From: Candidatus Latescibacterota bacterium
Lineage (GTDB): Bacteria > Latescibacterota > UBA2968 > UBA8231
DNA: 64,000 bases
Direction of reading: 5' to 3'
Assembly (NCBI GenBank): GCA_965261395.1
Contig: OZ253462.1
Location: 3,136,001-3,200,000 of the forward strand
Positions 54,209 through 62,792 of this stretch are shown here, piece after piece. How positions within the stretch are numbered: position 1 is the stretch's first letter; the number at the start of each line of letters is the position of its first letter. The notes beneath the pieces were generated by a model. It was not told the origin of the DNA, ran no database searches, and was given only the letters and a program-made list of their open reading frames with translations. A program made the position numbers and the translations under genes.

Positions 54209-57200
54209 GTGAATCGGCAGGTTTTTACCTACGAGGCTATCACCGCTCTCCTGCTGCTGTGGGGATGCGGACGAGAGCCTGATTCCCCAGTCGCCGATCC
54301 GCCCCTGCCCCCGCAAGAGCGGTCGGCGACGGTGGTCCGCTTCACCGATGTCACCGCGGCTGTCGGTATCCACTTTAAGCATACCAGCGGTCTTTCAGGT
54401 CGGAAGTACGGGGTAGAAGCCCTCGGCTCGGGAGCAGCCTTTTTCGATTACAACGGCGACGGGCACATGGATCTCTACGTCGTCAACGGGGCCGATCTGC
54501 CCGGCCACATATCGCCCCAGCCACCTCGCAATGCGCTCTACCGCAACCGAGCAGACGGGCGCTTCGTCGAAACGGCGGCCGGGGTCGCCGATACCGGTTA
54601 CGGCATGGGCTGTAGCGCGGCGGATTACGACAACGACGGGGATGCCGATCTCTTCGTCGCCAATTTTGGCACCAACGTACTCTACCGCAACGAAGGCGGT
54701 CGCTTCGCCGACGTCACGGTCGGGGCCATCCCGGACAGGGACCGTAGCTGGTCCACAGGCTCGGCCTTCGTCGATTACGACTTGGACGGCGATCTAGATC
54801 TCTACGTCGCCAACTATCTCGATTACCAGTTCGAAACCGATTCCCTCGATGAAAACGGCCGTCTGAAAAAAGATAGGCGCCACTACGCCCCCACTGAATA
54901 TCCCGGCCAGCGCGACTTCCTCTATCGCAACGAGGCCGATGGTCGCTTCGTCGATGTCACCGAAGCGGCGGGGCTTCTCAGCCTCGCAGGGCGCGAGTTG
55001 GGCGTCGTCTTTTTCGACTGGGACGGCGATGGCGATCCCGACCTGTTCCAGGCCAACGACGCCACGCCCAATTTCCTCTACCGCAACGAAGGGAATGGTT
55101 CCTTCAGCGAAATCGGCTTGGCGGCTGGCGCGGCCTACAACGAAGCAGGCAAGCCCGAAGGGGGCATGGGCACTGACATTGCCGATACGGACGGCGACGG
55201 CCACCTAGAGATCCTGGTGACCAATTTTCAGTGGGAGAGCAATACCCTCTACCAAAGCAGGGGAGACGGCTTATTGCGCGATCGGTCCACCGCTTCGGGG
55301 TTGGGGGCACCCAGCTTCGACCGCCTAGCGTTTGGGGTTAACTTCTTCGATATCGACCGCGACGGCGACCCAGACCTCTACGTGGCCAACGGCCACATCG
55401 ACGACAATATCGCCGATTTCGATCCCCAGACTTCCCACGGCCAGCGCGACCAGCTTTTTCTCAACGACGGCCAAGGGCGCTTCGCCGAAATTTCCGCGCA
55501 AGCCGGTCCTTTTTTTCTGCGCGCCATGGTGGGACGCGGTGCGGCCACGGCCGACTACGACAACGACGGCGACGGTGATCTCTTCGCAGTCAACAGCAAT
55601 CAGCCCGCCGTGCTGCTGCGCAACGATACGGAGTCGGAAAATCACTGGCTCGCCCTGCATTTGGTCGGCACCCGCAGCAACCGGGACGGCCTTGGCTCCC
55701 GGGTCACCGTGCGGACGGGGGACCGCGAACAAACGCTGCAAACTCGCAGCAGTTATAGCTATCTATCGCAAAGCGATCCCCGTTTGTTCTTCGGGCTGGG
55801 TGCATACGGCAGGGCCGACCGGATAGACATCGCCTGGCCTTCGGGCATCCGCCAGCAACTAAAAGACGTGGAGGCCGACCAAATACTGAAGATCTCGGAG
55901 CCGACAGAGCCGGTCGCAGACCGCACGTCTCGCGGGGATAGCATAGGCAAAGGAACGCTCCAGGCAGGAGAGCACTCGGCACCACCCGCGTTTGAACTGG
56001 AGCGATTCTGGCGAGAAGCCCCACCGGTCCTGATCGACGCCGGCCGCTTTGCTCCGCCCGATGGCGCAGAGCGCGCGTCTGTCGAGGACGTTGATACGCT
56101 GACCGAAGCAGTCGCCAGCAGACCCCGAGATCCAGACGCCCACTTCCGCTTGGCCGAGGTGCTGCGCCAGCTGCGGCGCTATGAGGTGGCAGAAGTTCAT
56201 TACCAAAAGGCCGTCGCCCTCGACTCCTCCCATGCCCAGGCTTATACCGGACTAGGGAAGCTCTACGGCGATCAGGGAAATCGAACTAAGGCGCTGGTGG
56301 CGCTCCAGCGGGCGCTGGCCCTAAAGGACGGAGCCATCACTTATTACTACCTAGGCAATCTCTACGCCCGTCAGGGTTCGTACCAACAGGCTATCTTTCA
56401 CTACCAGCAAGCCATCGAGCGCCGCCCCGACTACGAGCAGGCCTACATCAACCTAGCCGGCGTCTATGCCCGCCAAACAGAATACAGCACTGCCATCGGG
56501 GTCCTGACGCGGGGCGTTGCCGCGCTGCCCGGCAGTGCCGAACTCAAATTTCGCCTGGGGTGGAATTACTTTGTCCAAGGCCGCTATGCAGCGGCGCTAG
56601 AGCAGTTCCAGCAGGTTGTCCGCCTAGATCCCCAGCGCTATCAGGCCTATGACTTTATCGCGCGGATATATCTGGCCCAGGAGAAAGGGGAGGAGGCTCG
56701 GCAATTTTTGCAGCAAGCTCTATCTGCCCATCCCGACGAGAGCGCCCTGCTAGCGCGGCTGGGGATTTTGCTGCTCAATGCGGGAAGCCCCGCCCAAGCC
56801 AGCGAATATCTCGAACGGACCATTCGCAAAGATCCAGACCACGCAGAAGCCTATTACAGCTTAGGGCAGGCCTACTTGCGCACTGGTCTGCGCGATAGGG
56901 GCCATGCCGTGCTGCACTACTTCGAGCTTTTGCAGAATAACTACCAGGAATTACTGGACTTGAAAACGGCCATCGTGCTCAATCCCAGCGATGCCGCAGC
57001 GTGCTTCGGGCTGGGGAAGGTCTATGGGCGCATCGGTCGCTACGAAGCGGCCCGCCAAGCGTATCTGGCCGTTTTGAAGATCGATCCCAGCCATATCGAC
57101 GCCCAGAACAACTTGGGCAATATCTATCTGCGCCAGCAGCGTCCACACCAAGCCATCGAGGTTTTTAGCACCTTGCTACAGGCCGATTCAAACTACGTGC

Positions 57201-57406
57201 GAGCCTACAACAACCTCGGCTATGCCTATCTGGCCATCAACCAGCCTCAGCGAGCCATCCAAACCTATAAAAAAGCGATTGCGATCGACCCCAAATACGC
57301 TCAGGCGTACTCTAGCTTGGGTGCGCTCTACATGCAACAGGGGAGAATTGCCGAAGCGCAGCAACAACTGGCTATCTACGAGGAACTGACTCAGCATCCA
57401 CCATAA
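54209..57406 (+). CDS. FG-GAP/ASPIC-UnbV (CRTAC1-like) + TPR lipoprotein
   Basis: LWGC lipobox, DYDxDGD repeats, SYLSQS...FGLG...WPSG, then many TPRs. Confidence 0.88.
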   Translation: MNRQVFTYEAITALLLLWGCGREPDSPVADPPLPPQERSATVVRFTDVTAAVGIHFKHTSGLSGRKYGVEALGSGAAFFDYNGDGHMDLYVVNGADLPGHISPQPPRNALYRNRADGRFVETAAGVADTGYGMGCSAADYDNDGDADLFVANFGTNVLYRNEGGRFADVTVGAIPDRDRSWSTGSAFVDYDLDGDLDLYVANYLDYQFETDSLDENGRLKKDRRHYAPTEYPGQRDFLYRNEADGRFVDVTEAAGLLSLAGRELGVVFFDWDGDGDPDLFQANDATPNFLYRNEGNGSFSEIGLAAGAAYNEAGKPEGGMGTDIADTDGDGHLEILVTNFQWESNTLYQSRGDGLLRDRSTASGLGAPSFDRLAFGVNFFDIDRDGDPDLYVANGHIDDNIADFDPQTSHGQRDQLFLNDGQGRFAEISAQAGPFFLRAMVGRGAATADYDNDGDGDLFAVNSNQPAVLLRNDTESENHWLALHLVGTRSNRDGLGSRVTVRTGDREQTLQTRSSYSYLSQSDPRLFFGLGAYGRADRIDIAWPSGIRQQLKDVEADQILKISEPTEPVADRTSRGDSIGKGTLQAGEHSAPPAFELERFWREAPPVLIDAGRFAPPDGAERASVEDVDTLTEAVASRPRDPDAHFRLAEVLRQLRRYEVAEVHYQKAVALDSSHAQAYTGLGKLYGDQGNRTKALVALQRALALKDGAITYYYLGNLYARQGSYQQAIFHYQQAIERRPDYEQAYINLAGVYARQTEYSTAIGVLTRGVAALPGSAELKFRLGWNYFVQGRYAAALEQFQQVVRLDPQRYQAYDFIARIYLAQEKGEEARQFLQQALSAHPDESALLARLGILLLNAGSPAQASEYLERTIRKDPDHAEAYYSLGQAYLRTGLRDRGHAVLHYFELLQNNYQELLDLKTAIVLNPSDAAACFGLGKVYGRIGRYEAARQAYLAVLKIDPSHIDAQNNLGNIYLRQQRPHQAIEVFSTLLQADSNYVRAYNNLGYAYLAINQPQRAIQTYKKAIAIDPKYAQAYSSLGALYMQQGRIAEAQQQLAIYEELTQHPP

Positions 57407-57593
57407 TATGCCCATAATAAGAGCAGAATTAGCTTGTTATGCGGTCGGATTTTGATTATAAAAATAATTCTCTTTAGCCACTGTCTATTAATCCCGCTAG
57501 GAGCCCGAAGGGAGGGTAGCGGCTCTCGCTAGTTTTTCCGTTGTGCGAGTCCCAATCCAGGGGCTTGCCCCATCTTCTCAAAAGGAGCTTTTT

Positions 57594-58511
57594 ATGCGAC
57601 GCCTGCTAGTACTGGTTGCCTTTTTGTTGCCCCTCGTTGCGACGTCCTCTTTTGCCCAAGATCCAGTCGAAGTGCCGCTCTACTTCGCCGTGGGTATTCC
57701 CGACAATGCCCTGCCCACCATCGACGGAGAACGCGATGATTGGGCTTGGGTGGAGCCGAGCTTTGAGATAACCAGCAGCGATATGTTCATCCTGACCGGC
57801 GGAGTAGAGGACGCCGACGACCACTTCGTAGACATTCTGCTCGGCTGGAACGAAGGACAGAATAGGGTGTACGGCATGGTCCACGTGGTTGACGACTTTC
57901 TGATCGTGGACAAAAACCCCGGTTGCACCTTCCGCGACGACAACTGCGAGATTCACTTCGATCCAGATAATCAAGGCGGTGGTCCCTACTCGGCACCCAA
58001 CGACCAGGACCTACAGCCGGCCTATCAGATCTGCTTGAGCATGTCCGAGCAATTCCCTCGGGTACAGATGTACAATGGAGCGCTGGGCAACTTTGAGCAG
58101 GACGCGCTCAATTTCTGGTGGACGCACTCGGGCGATTTCGTTGAGAACGTCAACGCCAATGTGGGCAACGAATACTTTTACGAGTTCAGTCTCAACTTCT
58201 TCGATCCGCTGTCGATCAGCGGTGGCCCCGACGCCAGCACGGAATGGTTCCTGACGCCTGAGTCGAGCATCGGCATGGGCATTTCCCTCGACGATGCCGA
58301 CGAGGGCCTCAACGCCAACGGCAACGATCCAACCGCCGAGGAGTGCTGTGAGAACGGTTTCTTCTGGCAGGCCTATGTGAGCATGGGCGATCAGTTCGCC
58401 AACACGGGTGGTATCCCCGATGTCTTCCTGGTGCCGACAGAAGACACGGCTTCTGCGGTTGAAGCTACTTCCTGGGGTCAGGTGAAAAGCCTGCTAGGGG
58501 AAGGTCTGTAA
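57594..58511 (+). CDS. Secreted CBM9/DOMON-like protein with SWGQVK tail (close paralog of 48022..48933)
   Basis: AAGGAG RBS before ATG 57594; long identical peptide blocks shared with 48022..48933. Confidence 0.75.
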   Translation: MRRLLVLVAFLLPLVATSSFAQDPVEVPLYFAVGIPDNALPTIDGERDDWAWVEPSFEITSSDMFILTGGVEDADDHFVDILLGWNEGQNRVYGMVHVVDDFLIVDKNPGCTFRDDNCEIHFDPDNQGGGPYSAPNDQDLQPAYQICLSMSEQFPRVQMYNGALGNFEQDALNFWWTHSGDFVENVNANVGNEYFYEFSLNFFDPLSISGGPDASTEWFLTPESSIGMGISLDDADEGLNANGNDPTAEECCENGFFWQAYVSMGDQFANTGGIPDVFLVPTEDTASAVEATSWGQVKSLLGEGL

Positions 58512-58535
58512 GCCATTTGCCAGTTTTCTTTAGTG

Positions 58536-58576
58536 CAAAGAAGGGAGGGCGGGGAGTACCTGCCCTCCCTTCTTTG
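58536..58576 (+). terminator. Terminator / stabilising hairpin
   Basis: CAAAGAAGGGAGGGCGGG-GAGTA-CCTGCCCTCCCTTCTTTG. Confidence 0.7.
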
Positions 58577-58605
58577 GTTGCGTTGGGGTGTGAGGAGTAA
58601 GCCGA

Positions 58606-60516
58606 ATGCGTGCCCTCTTGACTGGTGTGGTGCTGGTCGCGGCGATAAGCCTGATAAGCCCGTGGGCCGTGCTCATCGTCAAAGGTTCGCTGCTGACCGG
58701 CAATGCCATCCCCGTCATCGCCGTGCTATTCTTTTTTTTGCTAACGGCATTGGCTGCGCCCCTGCTCAAATCCCTGAGCCGCCGTCTCGCTTTTACCCGC
58801 GCCGACCTGATCCTCATTTACGCCATGATGCTGGTAGCCGGAGCCGTGGTCACTACCGGCTTTACCGGCGGTTTCATGTCCATCATTTCTGGGATCTATT
58901 ACTACGCCACGCCCGAAAACAATTGGGCTAATCTTTTTATCCCCCACCTCGACCCTTGGGTCACTCCCCAGGACCCCGAGGCAGTACACTTGTTTTTCGA
59001 GGGGCTGCCTCCAGACGCTGCGATTCCCTGGTCCGTTTGGGTCATACCGCTGGCGGCGTGGACTTCTTTTATGGTGGCCTTTTCGGTGGTTATGTTCTGC
59101 CTAGGCGTTATGTTGCGCGGCCAGTGGATAGACCGGGAGCGACTGGTCTTCCCGCTGACCCAATTGCCCCTAGCAATGATGGAGGACGCTGAGGGCGCAG
59201 AGCGGCGCATCGGGTGCTTCTTCAAAAACCGCTTGCTGTGGCTGGGGCTTTTGCTCCCTTTATTGCTGCACTCGTGGAATTCGCTGCACAACTACCACGA
59301 CGCCTTTCAGCCGCTTGCCGTGCGGGGCACAATACCCTTGCTCGACGGCCGGATGAGCGTGCCGTTCCTGCTCAATTTCCCCGTGCTCGGCCTGTCCTAC
59401 CTCATGCCGCTGGGCGTCTCTTTTAGTCTGTGGTTCTTCTGTCTGGTGGGACTGCTCGAACAAAGCGCCTTCGCCCGCATCGGCCTGCAAATCAGCGGTG
59501 GGGATATGTGGACCTCCGGCGGAGCAAGCCCGCTCCTTTCACTGCAGATGTCGGGTGCTATGCTGATGCTGGTTGTATTTGTGTTGTGGAATGCGCGCCA
59601 GCATCTGGGCAGTTTCTGGCGTCAAGCCTTAGGCCGCGAGGAATCGACCCGACGGGAATTGCTCGGCCCGCGAGCGGCCGTATGTGGTTTCATCGGGGGC
59701 CTACTCTTCATGTCGGCTTGGCTCATAAGCACCGGTCTCGATGTATATGTAGCTATCCTGTTGGTCGTTGGTGCCTTGGTCGTGTTTATCGGCTTGGCGC
59801 GCATAACCTGCGAGGCTGGTCTGCCCAGTATCCAGACGCCGATGGTGCCCCAAGCTTTTATGATCCGCGGCTTTGGTCCCCAAGTGCTGGGTCTGCAGAA
59901 CATGACCGGTTTGGGCTTGAGCACGGCGTGGTTGGGGGATACGGCGGCCAATATGATGAATTCAGTAATGCACAGTTTGCGCCTGAGCTCCGGCCAAGAG
60001 CGGCACCTGCGGCACCTGCCGTGGGCGCTGTTACTCGCCCTAGTGGTAGCCCTAGCTGTTTCGATCTGGTACACCATGAGCTTGGCCTATACGCACGGCG
60101 GCATCAATCTGCACGGCTGGTACTTTCGCGGCGTGGTGCGCTGGCCCTTCAATCACATGGCCTTGCTGGCCAACGCGGCCGAGGAGAGCTTTGCGCCGAG
60201 GCTGACCTTTATTACCCTAGGGGCCGGCGTCATGGGCGCGCTGCTCTACCTGCGCCAGCGCTTTTTGGCTTGGCCGCTACATCCCATCGGCTTTCCGGTG
60301 TCCAATACCCACCCGATCATCACCTTTGGCTGGTTGTCCATCCTGTTGGCTTGGTTGTGCAAGGCGGCGATTCTGCGCTATGGTGGGGTGCGGCTCTACC
60401 GGACGATGAGACCCTTCTTTTTGGGCCTAGCGCTGGGCGAGTTCTCCGCTTCTGCACTCTGGGTCTTTATCGACGGAGCGTTCGGGGTAGAAGGCAATAT
60501 GATTTTTGTATTCTGA
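58606..60516 (+). CDS. DUF6785/DUF6784-type membrane protein
   Basis: RGQWIDRERLVFPL, RITCEAGL, AWPLHPIG, RYGGVRLY..RPFFLG. Confidence 0.8.
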   Translation: MRALLTGVVLVAAISLISPWAVLIVKGSLLTGNAIPVIAVLFFFLLTALAAPLLKSLSRRLAFTRADLILIYAMMLVAGAVVTTGFTGGFMSIISGIYYYATPENNWANLFIPHLDPWVTPQDPEAVHLFFEGLPPDAAIPWSVWVIPLAAWTSFMVAFSVVMFCLGVMLRGQWIDRERLVFPLTQLPLAMMEDAEGAERRIGCFFKNRLLWLGLLLPLLLHSWNSLHNYHDAFQPLAVRGTIPLLDGRMSVPFLLNFPVLGLSYLMPLGVSFSLWFFCLVGLLEQSAFARIGLQISGGDMWTSGGASPLLSLQMSGAMLMLVVFVLWNARQHLGSFWRQALGREESTRRELLGPRAAVCGFIGGLLFMSAWLISTGLDVYVAILLVVGALVVFIGLARITCEAGLPSIQTPMVPQAFMIRGFGPQVLGLQNMTGLGLSTAWLGDTAANMMNSVMHSLRLSSGQERHLRHLPWALLLALVVALAVSIWYTMSLAYTHGGINLHGWYFRGVVRWPFNHMALLANAAEESFAPRLTFITLGAGVMGALLYLRQRFLAWPLHPIGFPVSNTHPIITFGWLSILLAWLCKAAILRYGGVRLYRTMRPFFLGLALGEFSASALWVFIDGAFGVEGNMIFVF

Positions 60517-60548
60517 GGGTCTAGAAGGGGCACGAAAAGGGAATATAG

Positions 60549-61028
60549 ATGCGATACTTGCGCTCGCTCAAGTTGCTCTTGGTCGTCGCGGTCGTCGGCG
60601 CGGGGCTAGCTTTTTTTGAACGGCAGCGTGCGACCGAGTACGGGCATCTTTTGGAACGCACGCACGCACGCGGGCAACCACAGCTCAAAGGGACGTCCTT
60701 GCGGGAGCTGGCGCAGGTGCTGCTGGAGTTGTATCCAGAGGGAGCCGAAGCCAATCTGCTGATGGGGACTGCCCTAGCCGAGGAGGGGCGGTTGGAGGAG
60801 GCCCGGGTGCATCTAGAGAAGGCCATGGAAGTGGATCCGCGCAACTTGCAGCTCCTCTTTTTTTACGCGCAACTTTTGCTAGATATGGGAGAAGATGTGG
60901 AGAAAGTGCAAGAGGTAGTGGAAGAGTTGAGTCGGTACTTTCCGCGGTCGCGGGAGAAGGTGGAGCAGTACTTTGGGGAGGCTTCAAAGGGGAAGATGCG
61001 GTTTGGCGGGGATGATCTTTACCATTGA
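60549..61028 (+). CDS. Small membrane-anchored TPR protein
   Basis: N-terminal TM; ANLLMGTALAEEGRLEEARVHLEKAMEVDP. Confidence 0.7.
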   Translation: MRYLRSLKLLLVVAVVGAGLAFFERQRATEYGHLLERTHARGQPQLKGTSLRELAQVLLELYPEGAEANLLMGTALAEEGRLEEARVHLEKAMEVDPRNLQLLFFYAQLLLDMGEDVEKVQEVVEELSRYFPRSREKVEQYFGEASKGKMRFGGDDLYH

Positions 61029-61051
61029 AGCAGCGTCCCCGCCGCGCCTGC

Positions 61052-62686
61052 TCAAGCCCCTTTGCGCAGGCGGTCCTCGTAGATGTGAATCTGGTCGGCG
61101 TACTGATCGTTGAGTTTGGCCAGCAACGCATCGAAGCGCTCTTGGGTCAGGTCCTGGAGCAGGTGGGAGCGCGCCCGGCCCCAGGCCTCGTCCAAGCTCT
61201 GTTGGTGACCGGGAATCTTTTTGAGCACCTTGAAGATCGTAAAACCCTGCGCGGTTTTGACCGGACCGACGATCTGGCCGACCTCGGCGTTTTTGGCCTC
61301 CCAACCTAAATTGCCATACTTGTCGGGACGCAGAAGCTGGATGCGTCCTTCGGCCCGGCGGATGCGGGTGCTGCGCCGCGAGTAGCGGCGAGCCAGATCG
61401 CCGAAGTCGCCACCGCGTTCGATGGCGGCCAAAAGCGAGTCCGCTTGGGTGCGAGTATCGACGAGAATTTCGAGGATCGAGATCCGCTCTTCGCGCACGT
61501 ATAGTTCCTTGTGTGCCTCGTAGTACGCGCCAATTTCCTCCTTGGACGGATTGAGTGTTTCGAGCACTTTGACTTGGCGGATGCGCTCGACTAGGGCTTG
61601 GCGGCGCGTGGTTTCAATGCCTTTGGCAACGCGCTCGGCCTCGTGGATGCCTATTTCGCGGGCGTAGCGTGGCAACAGAACCTTGAGGGCATAGAGGCGA
61701 CGGGCGAAGCGGCGCAAGTCGTCCAATTCGCGGATCTCCGCCGGGTTGCGCTCGCTGGTCATGGCGGCCATAAAGTTACTCAGCGTCCACGGCTCGCCAT
61801 CGAGCTCGAGCAGCACTAGTTGGGTCTCCCCCTGTTTGAACGTGGGCATTTCTTCGCCGGCTTCGCTGAGCCGGGCCAAGAGTAGCTCGAAGATCTCGCG
61901 CCGTTCCTCAATGTCGGCGCGGTTGGCCAACCCTTCGAGGAATTCAAAAGTGGCGAGGGTATGTTTCTGCTCCTGCATGGCCTTGATGACGGCGACGGCC
62001 ATATTCTCGAAGGACACTTCGCGTTCGTCGGTGACGACGAAGACCGAGAATCCGTCTGGCTCCTGCACGGGACCGATGATCTGGCCAAGTTTGGCCCCGA
62101 AGATCTGGCGGCGCAAAACGTAGTTTTTGAAATCTAGGCGGCTCTTCCAGCCGAGGTCGCCGCCTTGCTGGGCGGTGTTGCCGTCGTCGGAGAGTTCGCT
62201 CGCCACCTCGGCAAAGCTGTCGGGGCCGCGCAGGCGGGCTAGCACTTGGTCAATGGCGGCTGGCCCGCTGGCGAGGATGCGGCTCACGCGGCGCTGCTGG
62301 CCGATGTAGTGCTGCTCAAAGTACTGGCGGGCCTCGTCGCGGTCTATATCCTCGGCGACAGCGACTACGCCGCGACGGTACATTTCGTCGAGGATGAGTT
62401 CCTGTTCCTGTTGTGCGACTTTGCTTCTGACTTGGAAGTCGTTTTCTAGGCCGTCTTGGCGGGCGGCTAACAGCAAAATCTCGACGTCGATGAGTCGCTC
62501 AAGTGCTTGGCGCTGGAGGTCGCCCGGGGCGTTCTTGGGGAAGAGCCGCGAGGCAGCGCGCTCGACGCGGGCACGCCTGATGGTGACGTCGCCGACGCGG
62601 GCGAGGACATCTGGGTTGGGCGGGGGTTCGGGGGAGGTGCAGGCGAGGAGTACGGCAGTGAGCAACGAGAGAAAAAGACGCAGCAA
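61052..62686 (-). CDS. PpiC-type peptidyl-prolyl isomerase lipoprotein (two parvulin domains)
   Basis: LLAC lipobox; SFAEVASELSDD..TAQQGGDLGW; GDFGDLARRYS; GPVKTAQGF. Confidence 0.85.
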   Translation of the reverse strand: MLRLFLSLLTAVLLACTSPEPPPNPDVLARVGDVTIRRARVERAASRLFPKNAPGDLQRQALERLIDVEILLLAARQDGLENDFQVRSKVAQQEQELILDEMYRRGVVAVAEDIDRDEARQYFEQHYIGQQRRVSRILASGPAAIDQVLARLRGPDSFAEVASELSDDGNTAQQGGDLGWKSRLDFKNYVLRRQIFGAKLGQIIGPVQEPDGFSVFVVTDEREVSFENMAVAVIKAMQEQKHTLATFEFLEGLANRADIEERREIFELLLARLSEAGEEMPTFKQGETQLVLLELDGEPWTLSNFMAAMTSERNPAEIRELDDLRRFARRLYALKVLLPRYAREIGIHEAERVAKGIETTRRQALVERIRQVKVLETLNPSKEEIGAYYEAHKELYVREERISILEILVDTRTQADSLLAAIERGGDFGDLARRYSRRSTRIRRAEGRIQLLRPDKYGNLGWEAKNAEVGQIVGPVKTAQGFTIFKVLKKIPGHQQSLDEAWGRARSHLLQDLTQERFDALLAKLNDQYADQIHIYEDRLRKGA

Positions 62687-62792
62687 AAAGGCCTCCTAGT
62701 GGAATTTTTATTTATTCCAACAAATATATTAGTGCCGTGTAATAAGTGCTAATTATGTTATTGTGGACAGCAAGCAACTCTGTATCAAAGTG

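Noticed and set aside
59430-60524. 364-aa plus-strand ORF
   Set aside because: Out-of-frame overlap with the DUF6785 gene; Arg/Pro-rich with no recognisable motifs.
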